Shown one piece after another: positions 21,187 through 29,487 of a DNA stretch of 64,000 nt. This stretch comes from Opitutaceae bacterium. Its GTDB lineage: Bacteria; Verrucomicrobiota; Verrucomicrobiia; Opitutales; Opitutaceae. The stretch lies in contig DASZWO010000046.1 in the NCBI GenBank assembly GCA_035546595.1, positions 1,952 to 65,951 of the forward strand, in the 5' to 3' direction. The position numbers were made by a program, and so were the translations under genes. A model generated the notes under the pieces. The model was not told where the DNA came from, searched no databases, and worked only from the letters and a program-made list of their open reading frames with translations. Within the stretch, counting starts at the first letter, position 1. Each line of letters opens with the position of its first letter.

Positions 21187-23145
21187 ATGGTCCGCCGCCT
21201 CCTGCGCCGCCTCCCGCCCGCCGCCTGGCGGGGCGGGGCCCTGATTTTCTTCGCCACCTTCGCGGCCTACTGGCCGGCATTCGGCGCCAAGCTGATCTGG
21301 AACGACGAGGACTACGTCACCAAGCCCGCGCTCACCTCGCTGCGGGGCCTGGCGCAGATCTGGCTCAAGGTCGGGGCCACGCAGCAGTACTATCCGCTGC
21401 TCCACACCGCCTTCTGGGTCCAGCACCGGCTCTGGGGAGACGCCCCGCTCGGCTATCACCTCGCGAACGTGCTGTTCCACGCGCTCTCCGCCTGCCTCTT
21501 CGCGGGCCTGCTGCGGCGGCTGGACCTGCCGGCCTTCGGCTGCTGGCTGGCGGGGCTGCTCTTCGCTCTCCATCCGATCTGCGTCGAATCGGTCGCCTGG
21601 GTCTCGGAGGAGAAAAACACCTTCTCGCTGATCTTCTACCTGCTGGCCGCGTGGGCGTACTTCGACTTTGACCGGGACCGGCGCGGCCGCCAGTACGCCG
21701 CGGCCTCGGGCCTCTTCCTCGCCTCGATCCTGAGCAAGAGCCTCAACGCCACGCTGCCGGGCGCCCTCCTGGTCGTCCTCTGGTGGCGGCGCGGGCGGCT
21801 GTCCTGGCGCCGCGATGTGGCGCCGCTCCTGCCCTGGATGGCCGCGGGGGCCGCCGACGGCCTCTTCACCGGGTGGGTCGAGAAGCACTTCCTCGGCGCC
21901 CAGGGCTCGCTCTTCGCCCTCGGCTTCCTGCAGCGGCTGCTCGTCGCCGGCCGCACCTTCTGGTTTTACCTCGGCAAGATCGTCTGGCCCTCGCCGCTGA
22001 TCTTCATCTATCCCAAATGGGCCCCCGACCCCGGGGTCTGGTGGCAGTGGCTGTTCCCGCTCGCGGCCCTGGGCCTGCTCGCCGCCCTCGCCGTCCTGGC
22101 CGCGCGTTCGCGGGCGCCGCTGGCGGCGGCCCTCTTCTTCGCCGGCTCCCTCTTCCCGACGTCGGGCTTCCTGACCGTCTTCGGCTTCCTCTTCTCCTTC
22201 GTCGCCGACCACTGGGCCTACCTGCCGAGCCTCGGAATCGTCGCGCTGGCGGCGGCCGGCTGGGAGCGCGCCACCCGGGGCGGGGCCCGCCGCCTCTGGC
22301 GCTGGGCCGTCCCGGCCGCCGTCCTGGCCGCCTTCTCCTGCCTGACCTGGCGACAGACGCGCCTCTACGCGGACGCCGAGACGCTGTACAATTCCATCCT
22401 CGCGCGCAATCCGGGCGCCTGGATGGCGCACATCAACCTCGGGATCATCCTGCACGAGCAGCGCCGCGACGCGGAGGCGCTGGCGCACGACCGCGAAGCG
22501 GTCCGGCTCGCTCCCGACTACCCGCAGGGGCACAACGACTTGGGAAACGCGCTGCTCACCGCCGGCAGGCCGGCGGAGGCGCTGGCGGAATACCGGCGGG
22601 CCATCGAGCTCTGGCCCGCCTATTCAACCGCGCGCATCAACCTAGGCAACGTCCTCCGCGACTCCGGGCACCTGGAGGAGGCGGTGTCCCAGTACCGGCT
22701 CGCGATCCAGGCCGACCCGGACTCGGCCCAGGCCTACAACAGCCTCGGCATCGCCTTCGGGCAGCTCCGCCGGCCGGAGGATTCGATCGAGGCGTTCCGC
22801 CACGCCCTGCGGCTCTACCCCGCGTATGCGCAGGCGCATTACGACCTGGCGGTGGAGTTCGACGCCCTGGGCCGGCCGGCGGAGGCGCTGCCGGAGTTCG
22901 CGGCCACGGTGGCGCTGGCCCCGAACTTCCTCGACGGCCAGAAGGGCTACGGCCTCGAGCTGGCGCGGCAGAAGCGCTACGCCGAGGCGCTGGAGCACTT
23001 CCAGGAGGCGGTCCGGATCGATCCCCGCGACGCCCAGGCCCAATACGCCCTCTCGCTCATGCTGCGGCTGGCGGGCCGGGAGGACGAGGCCCGCGCGCAC
23101 TACGGCGAGGCGATGCGGCTGCAGGGAAAACCCGCGGCCCGGTGA
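21187..23145 (+). CDS. GT-C-like membrane domain + TPR array, divergent paralog 5 of 5
   Basis: Same architecture with diverged motifs ([43 protein letters not shown]), followed by TPR repeats. Starts 2 nt after the paralog 4 stop. Confidence 0.75.
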   Translation: MVRRLLRRLPPAAWRGGALIFFATFAAYWPAFGAKLIWNDEDYVTKPALTSLRGLAQIWLKVGATQQYYPLLHTAFWVQHRLWGDAPLGYHLANVLFHALSACLFAGLLRRLDLPAFGCWLAGLLFALHPICVESVAWVSEEKNTFSLIFYLLAAWAYFDFDRDRRGRQYAAASGLFLASILSKSLNATLPGALLVVLWWRRGRLSWRRDVAPLLPWMAAGAADGLFTGWVEKHFLGAQGSLFALGFLQRLLVAGRTFWFYLGKIVWPSPLIFIYPKWAPDPGVWWQWLFPLAALGLLAALAVLAARSRAPLAAALFFAGSLFPTSGFLTVFGFLFSFVADHWAYLPSLGIVALAAAGWERATRGGARRLWRWAVPAAVLAAFSCLTWRQTRLYADAETLYNSILARNPGAWMAHINLGIILHEQRRDAEALAHDREAVRLAPDYPQGHNDLGNALLTAGRPAEALAEYRRAIELWPAYSTARINLGNVLRDSGHLEEAVSQYRLAIQADPDSAQAYNSLGIAFGQLRRPEDSIEAFRHALRLYPAYAQAHYDLAVEFDALGRPAEALPEFAATVALAPNFLDGQKGYGLELARQKRYAEALEHFQEAVRIDPRDAQAQYALSLMLRLAGREDEARAHYGEAMRLQGKPAAR

Positions 23146-23204
23146 AATTAATTTGCGGTCCCTCGTTGACCGCCGCGCGCTCGTGCTTTGAGGTGATTGC
23201 GCCA

Positions 23205-23519
23205 ATGCTCCGCAAAGCCTTCGTCATGAGTGTGAACCCCGGCCAGGAGGCGGAATACGCCCAGCGTCACCAGCCGATCTGGCGGGAGCTGGCCGACGTC
23301 CTCAAGGCCCATGGGGTGCACCAGTACTCGATCTTCCTGCACCCGGAGACGCGCCAGCTCTTCGGGTACGTCGAGATTGAGGACGAGTCCCGGTGGGCCG
23401 CGATCGCCCGCACCGAGGTCTGCCGCCGCTGGTGGAAGCACATGAGCCCCATCATGCCGAGCAACCCGGACCACAGCCCGGTTTCCCACGACCTCCAGGA
23501 GGTCTTCCACCTCGACTGA
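23205..23519 (+). CDS. rhaM: L-rhamnose mutarotase
   Basis: 104 aa, [44 protein letters not shown]...[14 protein letters not shown]. By recollection it is near-colinear with E. coli RhaM (MIRKAFVMQVNP...NSPVSSELQEVFYL). Confidence 0.85.
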   Translation: MLRKAFVMSVNPGQEAEYAQRHQPIWRELADVLKAHGVHQYSIFLHPETRQLFGYVEIEDESRWAAIARTEVCRRWWKHMSPIMPSNPDHSPVSHDLQEVFHLD

Positions 23520-23531
23520 GAGGGCGGCGCC

Positions 23532-24011
23532 ATGCGCCTCATCCACGAGTCCCAGGTCCCGATCGAGCGGCGCCAGTCGCCGCGGGGCGCCTTCGAGCTG
23601 ACCCGGCAGCACATCTCGCTGGCGCTCGGCGGGGTGAAGGACAAGGGACCCTGGGGCGGCGGCCATCCCTTCGACGTCGAGCGGGTGGTGCTGGCGCCGG
23701 GGAAGAAGAATTACCCCTACCACTCCCATGCGGCCCAGACGGAGCATTACATCATCGTCGCCGGGCGGGGAAAGGCGGTGGACGGCGGGGGCCAGCTGCA
23801 TCCGATCCGCGCCGGCGACCACCTCATCTGCCCGCCCGGGGAGGCGCACCAGCTGGTGAACGACTCCGAGGGGCCGCTGGAGTATTTCGTCATCGCCGAC
23901 CACCATCCCGCGGATGTGACCACCTATCCGAAGACCGGGAAGCGGCAGCTCAAGCCCGAGGGCCGGCTCGTGCGGCTGCAGGACGCGGACTACTACGAGG
24001 GCGAGGAGTAG
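23532..24011 (+). CDS. Cupin-domain protein
   Basis: Cupin motifs YHSHAAQTEHYIIVAGRG and GDHLICPPGEAHQLVN; 159 aa. Confidence 0.75.
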   Translation: MRLIHESQVPIERRQSPRGAFELTRQHISLALGGVKDKGPWGGGHPFDVERVVLAPGKKNYPYHSHAAQTEHYIIVAGRGKAVDGGGQLHPIRAGDHLICPPGEAHQLVNDSEGPLEYFVIADHHPADVTTYPKTGKRQLKPEGRLVRLQDADYYEGEE

Positions 24012-24076
24012 CCGGCGCAACCGGACGAATCGGGTTGATTTGGGGCCGCCTCCCATGAGAGCCTCAGCCCTCGGTT

Positions 24077-24153
24077 CGGACGCTTAGCTCAGTTGGTTAG
24101 AGCACGTGCTTCACACGCACGGGGTCACTGGTTCGAGTCCAGTAGCGTCCACC
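24077..24153 (+). tRNA. tRNA-Val (anticodon CAC), with encoded CCA
   Basis: Cloverleaf folded by hand. Acceptor stem GGACGCT/AGCGTCC, D stem GCTC/GAGC, anticodon stem CGTGC/GCACG with loop TTCACAC, T stem ACTGG/CCAGT with loop TTCGAGT, discriminator A, then CCA. Confidence 0.9.
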
Positions 24154-24154
24154 A
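24124..24154 (+). repeat. attL core: 31-bp direct repeat (3' part of the intact tRNA-Val)
   Basis: TCACTGGTTCGAGTCCAGTAGCGTCCACCAT, identical to 32998..33028. Confidence 0.9.
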
Positions 24155-24191
24155 TGTTGGAAGAGAATAAGTTAGGAAAAATAATTTCATC

Positions 24192-24214
24192 AGTCTCAGC
24201 ACCTAGTCTCAGCA
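24192..24214 (+). repeat. Two direct copies of AGTCTCAGCA (candidate integrase arm-type sites, attL side)
   Basis: AGTCTCAGCA at 24192-24201 and 24205-24214. The same 10-mer occurs twice near attR in the same orientation. Confidence 0.6.
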
Positions 24215-24541
24215 AGCCCACTCTTGTTCCTGCTGTTCGCTGATGATGTTCATCGGCACGAGGTACCCGGCGACGGTGCCCGCTTTGGGATCAATGTTGA
24301 AGGGACCCCAAATTTTCCCGCAGTAGCGATCCGGACCGTTTGGAAGGATTCGCTTCAAATCTTCAGCGCGCACAATGACAGTCGGTCCGGACTTGCAGAT
24401 GAATTTGGCTTCCCTCAATCGCTGATCGGATAGAACGGACTTGTGCATGTCCGTCCGCCACACGGGTCCGGCCATTTTCCACGGGACGTTTCGTTCCCAA
24501 CGCCCGTTGGTTATTATCGCGCGTGAAGTCACTGTGGACAC
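24209..24541 (-). CDS. Hypothetical protein (island cargo)
   Basis: 110-aa ORF, last gene of the relaxase-side operon. No family recognised. Confidence 0.5.
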   Translation of the reverse strand: MSTVTSRAIITNGRWERNVPWKMAGPVWRTDMHKSVLSDQRLREAKFICKSGPTVIVRAEDLKRILPNGPDRYCGKIWGPFNIDPKAGTVAGYLVPMNIISEQQEQEWAC

Positions 24542-24599
24542 GGGCTCCCGCGGCTCAGCCGGCGACCCGCGGCCATCGCTCTGACGATTTTCGGCTCCG

Positions 24600-24959
24600 T
24601 CAAATAATCCATGGTGCAGGTTCGCCGGCGAATGTGATCGTCATGCTTTCGTACTGATCGGAGCTGTCCTCAAGGTGCATCTCCAATCCATTTTCGAGTT
24701 CAATTGTGATCAGGCGATCGCCGACAATCTGGCATCGGACAGCCTTCACATTCATGATGTCGTAGAATCCAGCGTCCGGCCACCGACCTTCCTCCCAGGC
24801 GGCAATCAGTGTGCCGGCGCGAAAGAGCTTTACTGGCGATTCAATGGCGAAATTGACGCGACCGAATGTAAATTGGAGGTCGAACTGACCGACACGGACT
24901 TGCGTCGTGAATTCACCAACGACTGGAGAAAGGTCGAGGTGTTTGGGTATCCGGTACAT
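24600..24959 (-). CDS. Small hypothetical protein, immunity-protein-like (DUF6188-like by recollection)
   Basis: 119 aa. Alternating beta-strand-like pattern (FDLQFTFGRVNFAIESPVKLF...LITIELENGLEMHLEDSSDQYESMTITF). No signal peptide. Confidence 0.55.
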   Translation of the reverse strand: MYRIPKHLDLSPVVGEFTTQVRVGQFDLQFTFGRVNFAIESPVKLFRAGTLIAAWEEGRWPDAGFYDIMNVKAVRCQIVGDRLITIELENGLEMHLEDSSDQYESMTITFAGEPAPWII

Positions 24960-24980
24960 TTTGTCGAGTGGGAGTGGGAG

Positions 24981-25604
24981 CTACGCCGCGCGATGAACTG
25001 AAAGGCCGCCGGGAGGCAGGCCGAGTGCTCGCCACGCGGTTCTGATGTTATCTAGTTTTTCGTCGGTGCTGGAATGGGTCAGCACGTAAAACTGCGTTCC
25101 GGGGAGTTGCTGATGCTGATAGGTGAGGCCGCTCTTTGAATTGCGGTAGTCAACCTCCGGCTTCGCGGAGACGAGAGGGCCCCTGTTTACACGAACTTGG
25201 GCCAATCGTTCCAAGGTTTCCGGGCCGCGCGCGGCGACCAGCTCGGCGACGAACGCGACGAGCGTTTCGGACGCCTTCGCTTCGCAAACGACGGCTCTCG
25301 GACGCGCAATGCCGCAAGCGGCCCAATCGAGGGTCGCCTGCAATTCTCCCCGGCGACCCGACGGTTCAAAGGGAAACGACTGCGCGGCTGGCGCGTGCGG
25401 TTGGATCGAATCTGCGCCGCGATCGACTGCGGCATTGAGGTCGGTCAGTTCCGTAGTCAACGACGTCAAATGAAGGTCGATCTCTTTTGCCCTTTTCGCG
25501 ATTCGGGAAAGGCGTTCGATTTCCGAAACATCAGCGCGCCGTGAGGCTTCCTGGATAAGCTTCATCGTCTTGGCCAAGATATCGCCCGGTGTCATTGAGT
25601 TCAT
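24981..25604 (-). CDS. Hypothetical protein (island cargo)
   Basis: The ATG at 25604 (MNSMTPGDIL...) is preferred over the track start at 25673. N-terminal helical or coiled region. No family recognised. Confidence 0.5.
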   Translation of the reverse strand: MNSMTPGDILAKTMKLIQEASRRADVSEIERLSRIAKRAKEIDLHLTSLTTELTDLNAAVDRGADSIQPHAPAAQSFPFEPSGRRGELQATLDWAACGIARPRAVVCEAKASETLVAFVAELVAARGPETLERLAQVRVNRGPLVSAKPEVDYRNSKSGLTYQHQQLPGTQFYVLTHSSTDEKLDNIRTAWRALGLPPGGLSVHRAA

Positions 25605-25697
25605 TTGGACATACTGGGTACTACTTAATACCAAGTAAAGACAGATGATCCAAAGTAACTCGCTGATTACCAATCGCGACGTACGTCGGGTGCGCGA

Positions 25698-26045
25698 TCA
25701 CTGCTCTGACTGCTGAACCACAATTCTTGTAACGAAAGGCTCCCCTGGGTCCGCCAGCGCCCCATAGTCCGGCGGCAATTCCCGGAGCGTTTCGAGGTGA
25801 AACTGTCTGATGTCACCGAGCAGCTTTGGCAGATTGCGACCTTGAATTTCAATTCGCTCGTCCGCGAACGTTAGCACGAGCTTTTCGCGGTCGAAATGGT
25901 AGCGGCTGAATCGAGCCCAGGCGAAACCCAGTGACTCGCCGTTTGCCAACTCAATCGAGAGTGTCGCCGTCGAGTGACCTCCGGTGTAGCAGCGGTAACG
26001 CGGGTCGGGCCTGCGGAGCGGGGCCGATTGTTGAGAAAGGCTCAT
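25698..26045 (-). CDS. Hypothetical protein translationally coupled to the relaxase
   Basis: The ATG overlaps the relaxase stop (ATGA on the minus strand at 26045-26042). 115 aa, no family recognised. Confidence 0.55.
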   Translation of the reverse strand: MSLSQQSAPLRRPDPRYRCYTGGHSTATLSIELANGESLGFAWARFSRYHFDREKLVLTFADERIEIQGRNLPKLLGDIRQFHLETLRELPPDYGALADPGEPFVTRIVVQQSEQ

Positions 26046-28795
26046 ATCCGCATCCCCCGTCGCTCGCCGTAGTGTTCTCGTTGTTCGATGAATTGGCGCA
26101 TTCGGGCGAGGTCGATCATTTCAGCGACGCGACGGGAACAGCCGGGGATGCGCATCATCTGGGTCGTCTCGGCGCCCGCCACGTCTATCGCTAACTCGCG
26201 CTCGCTGCTGCGCTGGATATTCAGGCGTAGGCTTTCCTTGTTTGGTGTGAGTACGACGACCCGCTTCCGCCCGCGCGAAATGCCGACGTACCATTGCTGC
26301 GCGCTCGTGGCGGCGCGAATGCCGGCGTCGGCGACGATGACGGTGTCCACCGTCTTCCCCTGGGACGAATACGAGGTGACGGCGTACCCCCGGACAAAAA
26401 GGCGCTGCGAGTGAGCGAGTGTTTTGGTCTCCCCTCGTTCATCGGCGACTACCAACGTACCCGATGGTTCGATGCGCGCCACTGTCACCAGCTCGCCATT
26501 GCGCAGTTTCGCGCCTTCCACGCTCCGCCCGTTCACTTTGAGTTGTACCCGGTCGCCCGGTGATAGCTCCATTTCGACTGCTTTCGCGACCGTGAATCGG
26601 TTCGCGTAACGATAGCTCATGGTCGAACGCCGACCGTCTTTCACCAGGACCACGCCGTGCTTGTCCGCCCCGGCGATTTCGTACAACTCGCCCTTCTTGA
26701 AACGACCGTAGCCTTTCAGGAATGCTGCCCAGTGGCCTTGCTCATAAAATCGGGGGTCGCATCTCTGCGATTCATCCCGGTCCACCGGCTGGAAAGCAGA
26801 GATGCACACTCCATCTGCCAATTGCCCGTTGGCCCGCAACGCCGCGCGGATGGCATCGTTTACGGCGTGGACTTCGCTCCACGTCTGGGCGACGACGAGC
26901 GGGCGCTCGCCTCTGGCCAAGGCCGTCAGGTACTCCCCGGCTATCGCTTCCCGCCTGGGTTCGTCCGGGAGTTCGCGGACGCAGCCCATCTTTTCTAGGC
27001 GATCAAACGATTCGACGATTTTCCCGTCCGCCGCGTCTTTCACGGCGGTGCGATATTGACGGATGAAGCGCCGTTCGTCGATTGATCGGGCTAGGCGTGG
27101 GTCCTGGCGCCGGATAGTCCGAAGGGTCGCCATCCGTGGACGGGAATGCTTTTCGATAGCCCGAAGTGCGTCAGACGCCGCCACCGCCCCGTGTTGGCGG
27201 GTATCGCCGGACAGGATCAACCGGCTGTCGTGCGCTTTCACCAACCGAATCAATTCGCGCAACTCACGACCGCCGACTTGGCCCGCCTCGTCCAAAATAA
27301 CGACTGCGCGGGGCGGCAGCCGGCGGACGGCCAAGGCGTGGGTCAGCGTTTGGGCAGGCAGTCCGTCTCTCTCCAGATCGTGCGCCTGCTGGCGCTGCGG
27401 GGCGAGCACCACGACCGGATGCCCTGCTTTCGTGAGACCGCGTTGGATTTCAGCGATCGTCCGAGTCTTTCCGGTGCCGGCACCGCCTCGGAACAGTGTG
27501 ACAAAGTCTTCGCTTGCCAGAATCCGACGTGCTGCCCGGGCCTGTTCCTCCGACAGCGCGGAGTCCGGCACGTAGTCGCAGTTGAATCCGACGAAGCAGT
27601 TCCGGCCGTCGCGTACCGAGAGCACGATTTCGAGTTCGTAGCCAAGCAGTTCCCGGGAAGTCAGCTTCCGGCTCCCCTCCTGGCGCACGTACCCGCGTTC
27701 CGCCACGGCCCGGCTGAGGGCGGCCAAGTCGAAATCCTGGCCGCGACCGCGAGCGAGCGCCGCCGACATCAGCTCAAAGTCGTTCACGATTGCCCTCCGT
27801 TCGAACAGGTGGCCCTCGGCCCAGGTCACGGCCGCGCGTACGTCTACCGTCTCTCGCTGCGCCTCGGCGGGGTCCTGAAGCCTCTGTAGTGCGTCCCTTT
27901 CGTTGGCTTCGAGCTGGGACCGCCAATAGGATCTGAGTTCGTCGGCGGTCGCATTCTTGACCTTGCGGCGCCGATGCTCGTGCGCGATTCGGCTCCGCAG
28001 CTCACCTACGTCGCCGGAATAACCTTCGGCGATTTGGCGCTCCGCCTCGGCCGCGATCTGATCGTGTCGCTTCGAAAACCGGGCGATGACGCCAGCCGGG
28101 ACACCCTTGATCTCGAAGTCCCGGGCGTTGTTCTCGATCTGGTACCCGAGCCCGCAAAGCCCCTTGGCCAGTTCGTGGTAGTACAGATTTTCCGCGAATT
28201 TCTGAGCGCGGTACATGCCCTCCGTTTGCAGGGCCTTCCATCGACCCTCAACCGGATCGAACGTCGCGTTAAAGACGACGCAATGCGTGTGCAAATGCGG
28301 GTCCAATTCCCGACTGGTGTCATGGCGGAAGCATGCAGCGACCAGATTGCCAGTGACGTGGGAGTCATTCCGCTTCGACCGCCGGACCCGCGTTTCCGCC
28401 ATCTTCTCCAGTTCCACCAGTGCCGTGCGCACCGCTCTCTCATGCAATTCGACGATCCGGTTGTCTTGACAAAGCCCGACGACGGAGACGCTCTTCGGCG
28501 GACTGATCGTGAAATCGTGGAAGATGCGCCGGTTCGCGGCTTGTCGGCCGTCCTCCCATCGAACGGAATTCAGTCGCTGCGTCAGTCGGGTTCCGCTTTG
28601 CGGATTCAGACCATCGCAAAGTGCCAGGAAGTCTCTCTCGCCGACCTTCCCTAAAAGCCCCAGCATTTCGGCTGCACGTCCGATCCATTCGCCGGTGACC
28701 TGCTGGCCTTCCGAGTAATAGTCGCCGACGCAAAGGTGCTCGCGAAAGTATTCGCGGGCATTCTGCAGGTTTAGTTGAGGCTTCGGCCTGAGCAT
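26042..28795 (-). CDS. MOBF-family conjugative relaxase (TrwC/TraI-like) fused to an AAA/UvrD-like helicase
   Basis: N-terminal TrwC-type region (YFREHLCVGDYYSEG, HDTSRELDPHLHTHCVVFN 3-His motif). Walker A GGAGTGKT, Walker B VVILDEAGQV. 917 aa. Confidence 0.9.
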   Translation of the reverse strand: MLRPKPQLNLQNAREYFREHLCVGDYYSEGQQVTGEWIGRAAEMLGLLGKVGERDFLALCDGLNPQSGTRLTQRLNSVRWEDGRQAANRRIFHDFTISPPKSVSVVGLCQDNRIVELHERAVRTALVELEKMAETRVRRSKRNDSHVTGNLVAACFRHDTSRELDPHLHTHCVVFNATFDPVEGRWKALQTEGMYRAQKFAENLYYHELAKGLCGLGYQIENNARDFEIKGVPAGVIARFSKRHDQIAAEAERQIAEGYSGDVGELRSRIAHEHRRRKVKNATADELRSYWRSQLEANERDALQRLQDPAEAQRETVDVRAAVTWAEGHLFERRAIVNDFELMSAALARGRGQDFDLAALSRAVAERGYVRQEGSRKLTSRELLGYELEIVLSVRDGRNCFVGFNCDYVPDSALSEEQARAARRILASEDFVTLFRGGAGTGKTRTIAEIQRGLTKAGHPVVVLAPQRQQAHDLERDGLPAQTLTHALAVRRLPPRAVVILDEAGQVGGRELRELIRLVKAHDSRLILSGDTRQHGAVAASDALRAIEKHSRPRMATLRTIRRQDPRLARSIDERRFIRQYRTAVKDAADGKIVESFDRLEKMGCVRELPDEPRREAIAGEYLTALARGERPLVVAQTWSEVHAVNDAIRAALRANGQLADGVCISAFQPVDRDESQRCDPRFYEQGHWAAFLKGYGRFKKGELYEIAGADKHGVVLVKDGRRSTMSYRYANRFTVAKAVEMELSPGDRVQLKVNGRSVEGAKLRNGELVTVARIEPSGTLVVADERGETKTLAHSQRLFVRGYAVTSYSSQGKTVDTVIVADAGIRAATSAQQWYVGISRGRKRVVVLTPNKESLRLNIQRSSERELAIDVAGAETTQMMRIPGCSRRVAEMIDLARMRQFIEQREHYGERRGMRI

Positions 28796-28848
28796 TGGCA
28801 GAAATCGCGCAAGTGTCGCAATTGAGTCCGACTTCGCGTGTCACCATG

Positions 28849-28865
28849 GGAACGCTCCGCGTTCC
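28849..28865. promoter_or_regulatory. Inverted repeat GGAACGC-tcc-GCGTTCC upstream of the relaxase gene (oriT/operator candidate)
   Basis: Perfect 7-bp arms, read directly from the sequence, 54-70 nt upstream of the relaxase start codon. Confidence 0.3.
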
Positions 28866-28962
28866 ATTTTCTCGGGCAGACGCATTACCCCTTGCCGGAT
28901 CGGCAATGAATCCGACCCATCAATACGGCATCCATGAACATCGCTGACAGCAGGCAGATTCG

Positions 28963-28993
28963 CCGTCGGACAGCACTTGCAAAAGTCCGACGG
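28963..28993. promoter_or_regulatory. Inverted repeat CCGTCGGAC-N13-GTCCGACGG (oriT/operator candidate)
   Basis: Perfect 9-bp arms with a 13-nt loop, in the 235-bp gap between the Xis-like and relaxase genes. Confidence 0.35.
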
Positions 28994-29030
28994 ACTTCGG
29001 GTCTGCCGCCAAACTCTCGATTTCGGTGAT

Positions 29031-29321
29031 TCACGACGCGGGCGTGATAGTCTCAGCGGAGCGCCGGATATAGTCCAAGACAGAGTCGAGAACTACCAAG
29101 CGGATGCCGCGCAGTGCGCCTCGCTGGCGCACCGCGACCATTTTGATTTCGCCCGCAGCTGCGGCCTTGTAGTACCATCCGCGTGAGAGGCCGAAGTACG
29201 GGTCGCGTTTGCCTGGCTGCGGCAAGCGGTAGAACTCGGCTCGGGCAGTCGGATGGATCGCATTGATTGAGAATTCAGGTGGATTCATTGTCGGGTCCTT
29301 TTGTTGATACTGCGTCATCAA
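29031..29321 (-). CDS. Small DNA-binding protein, excisionase/AlpA-like (putative Xis)
   Basis: 96 aa. Segment FGLSRGWYYKAAAAGEIKMVAVRQRGALRGIRLVVLDSVLDYI resembles the HTH/winged-helix Xis-type proteins found next to island integrases and relaxases. Assignment is by recollection. Confidence 0.55.
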   Translation of the reverse strand: MMTQYQQKDPTMNPPEFSINAIHPTARAEFYRLPQPGKRDPYFGLSRGWYYKAAAAGEIKMVAVRQRGALRGIRLVVLDSVLDYIRRSAETITPAS

Positions 29322-29487
29322 TGCGACATCGCTTTGGGGCGGACGAGAGCGTCTGCATACCCAAAAAAGGGCAGGCGTATTACCTTTTTTGGCGTAGCCC
29401 CGTCGCGGAGTCGTGGCAGCGGCCGCTATGCGGCTGAAGGGGCGCCCAGTGGCGCGCCGTCATTCCGACCGTGTGTCGTGGTGAACG

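Noticed and set aside
14600-23100. Periodic repeats at the DNA level that could be mistaken for a repeat array or CRISPR
   Set aside because: The periodicity is about 102 nt and reflects 34-residue TPR units inside coding sequence. The repeats are divergent at the nucleotide level and there is no repeat/spacer architecture.
23145-23154. Perfect palindrome AAATTAATTT between paralog 5 and rhaM
   Set aside because: It is a single short AT palindrome that overlaps the stop codon region by one base, with no second copy or partner motif, so it is too weak to call a regulatory site.
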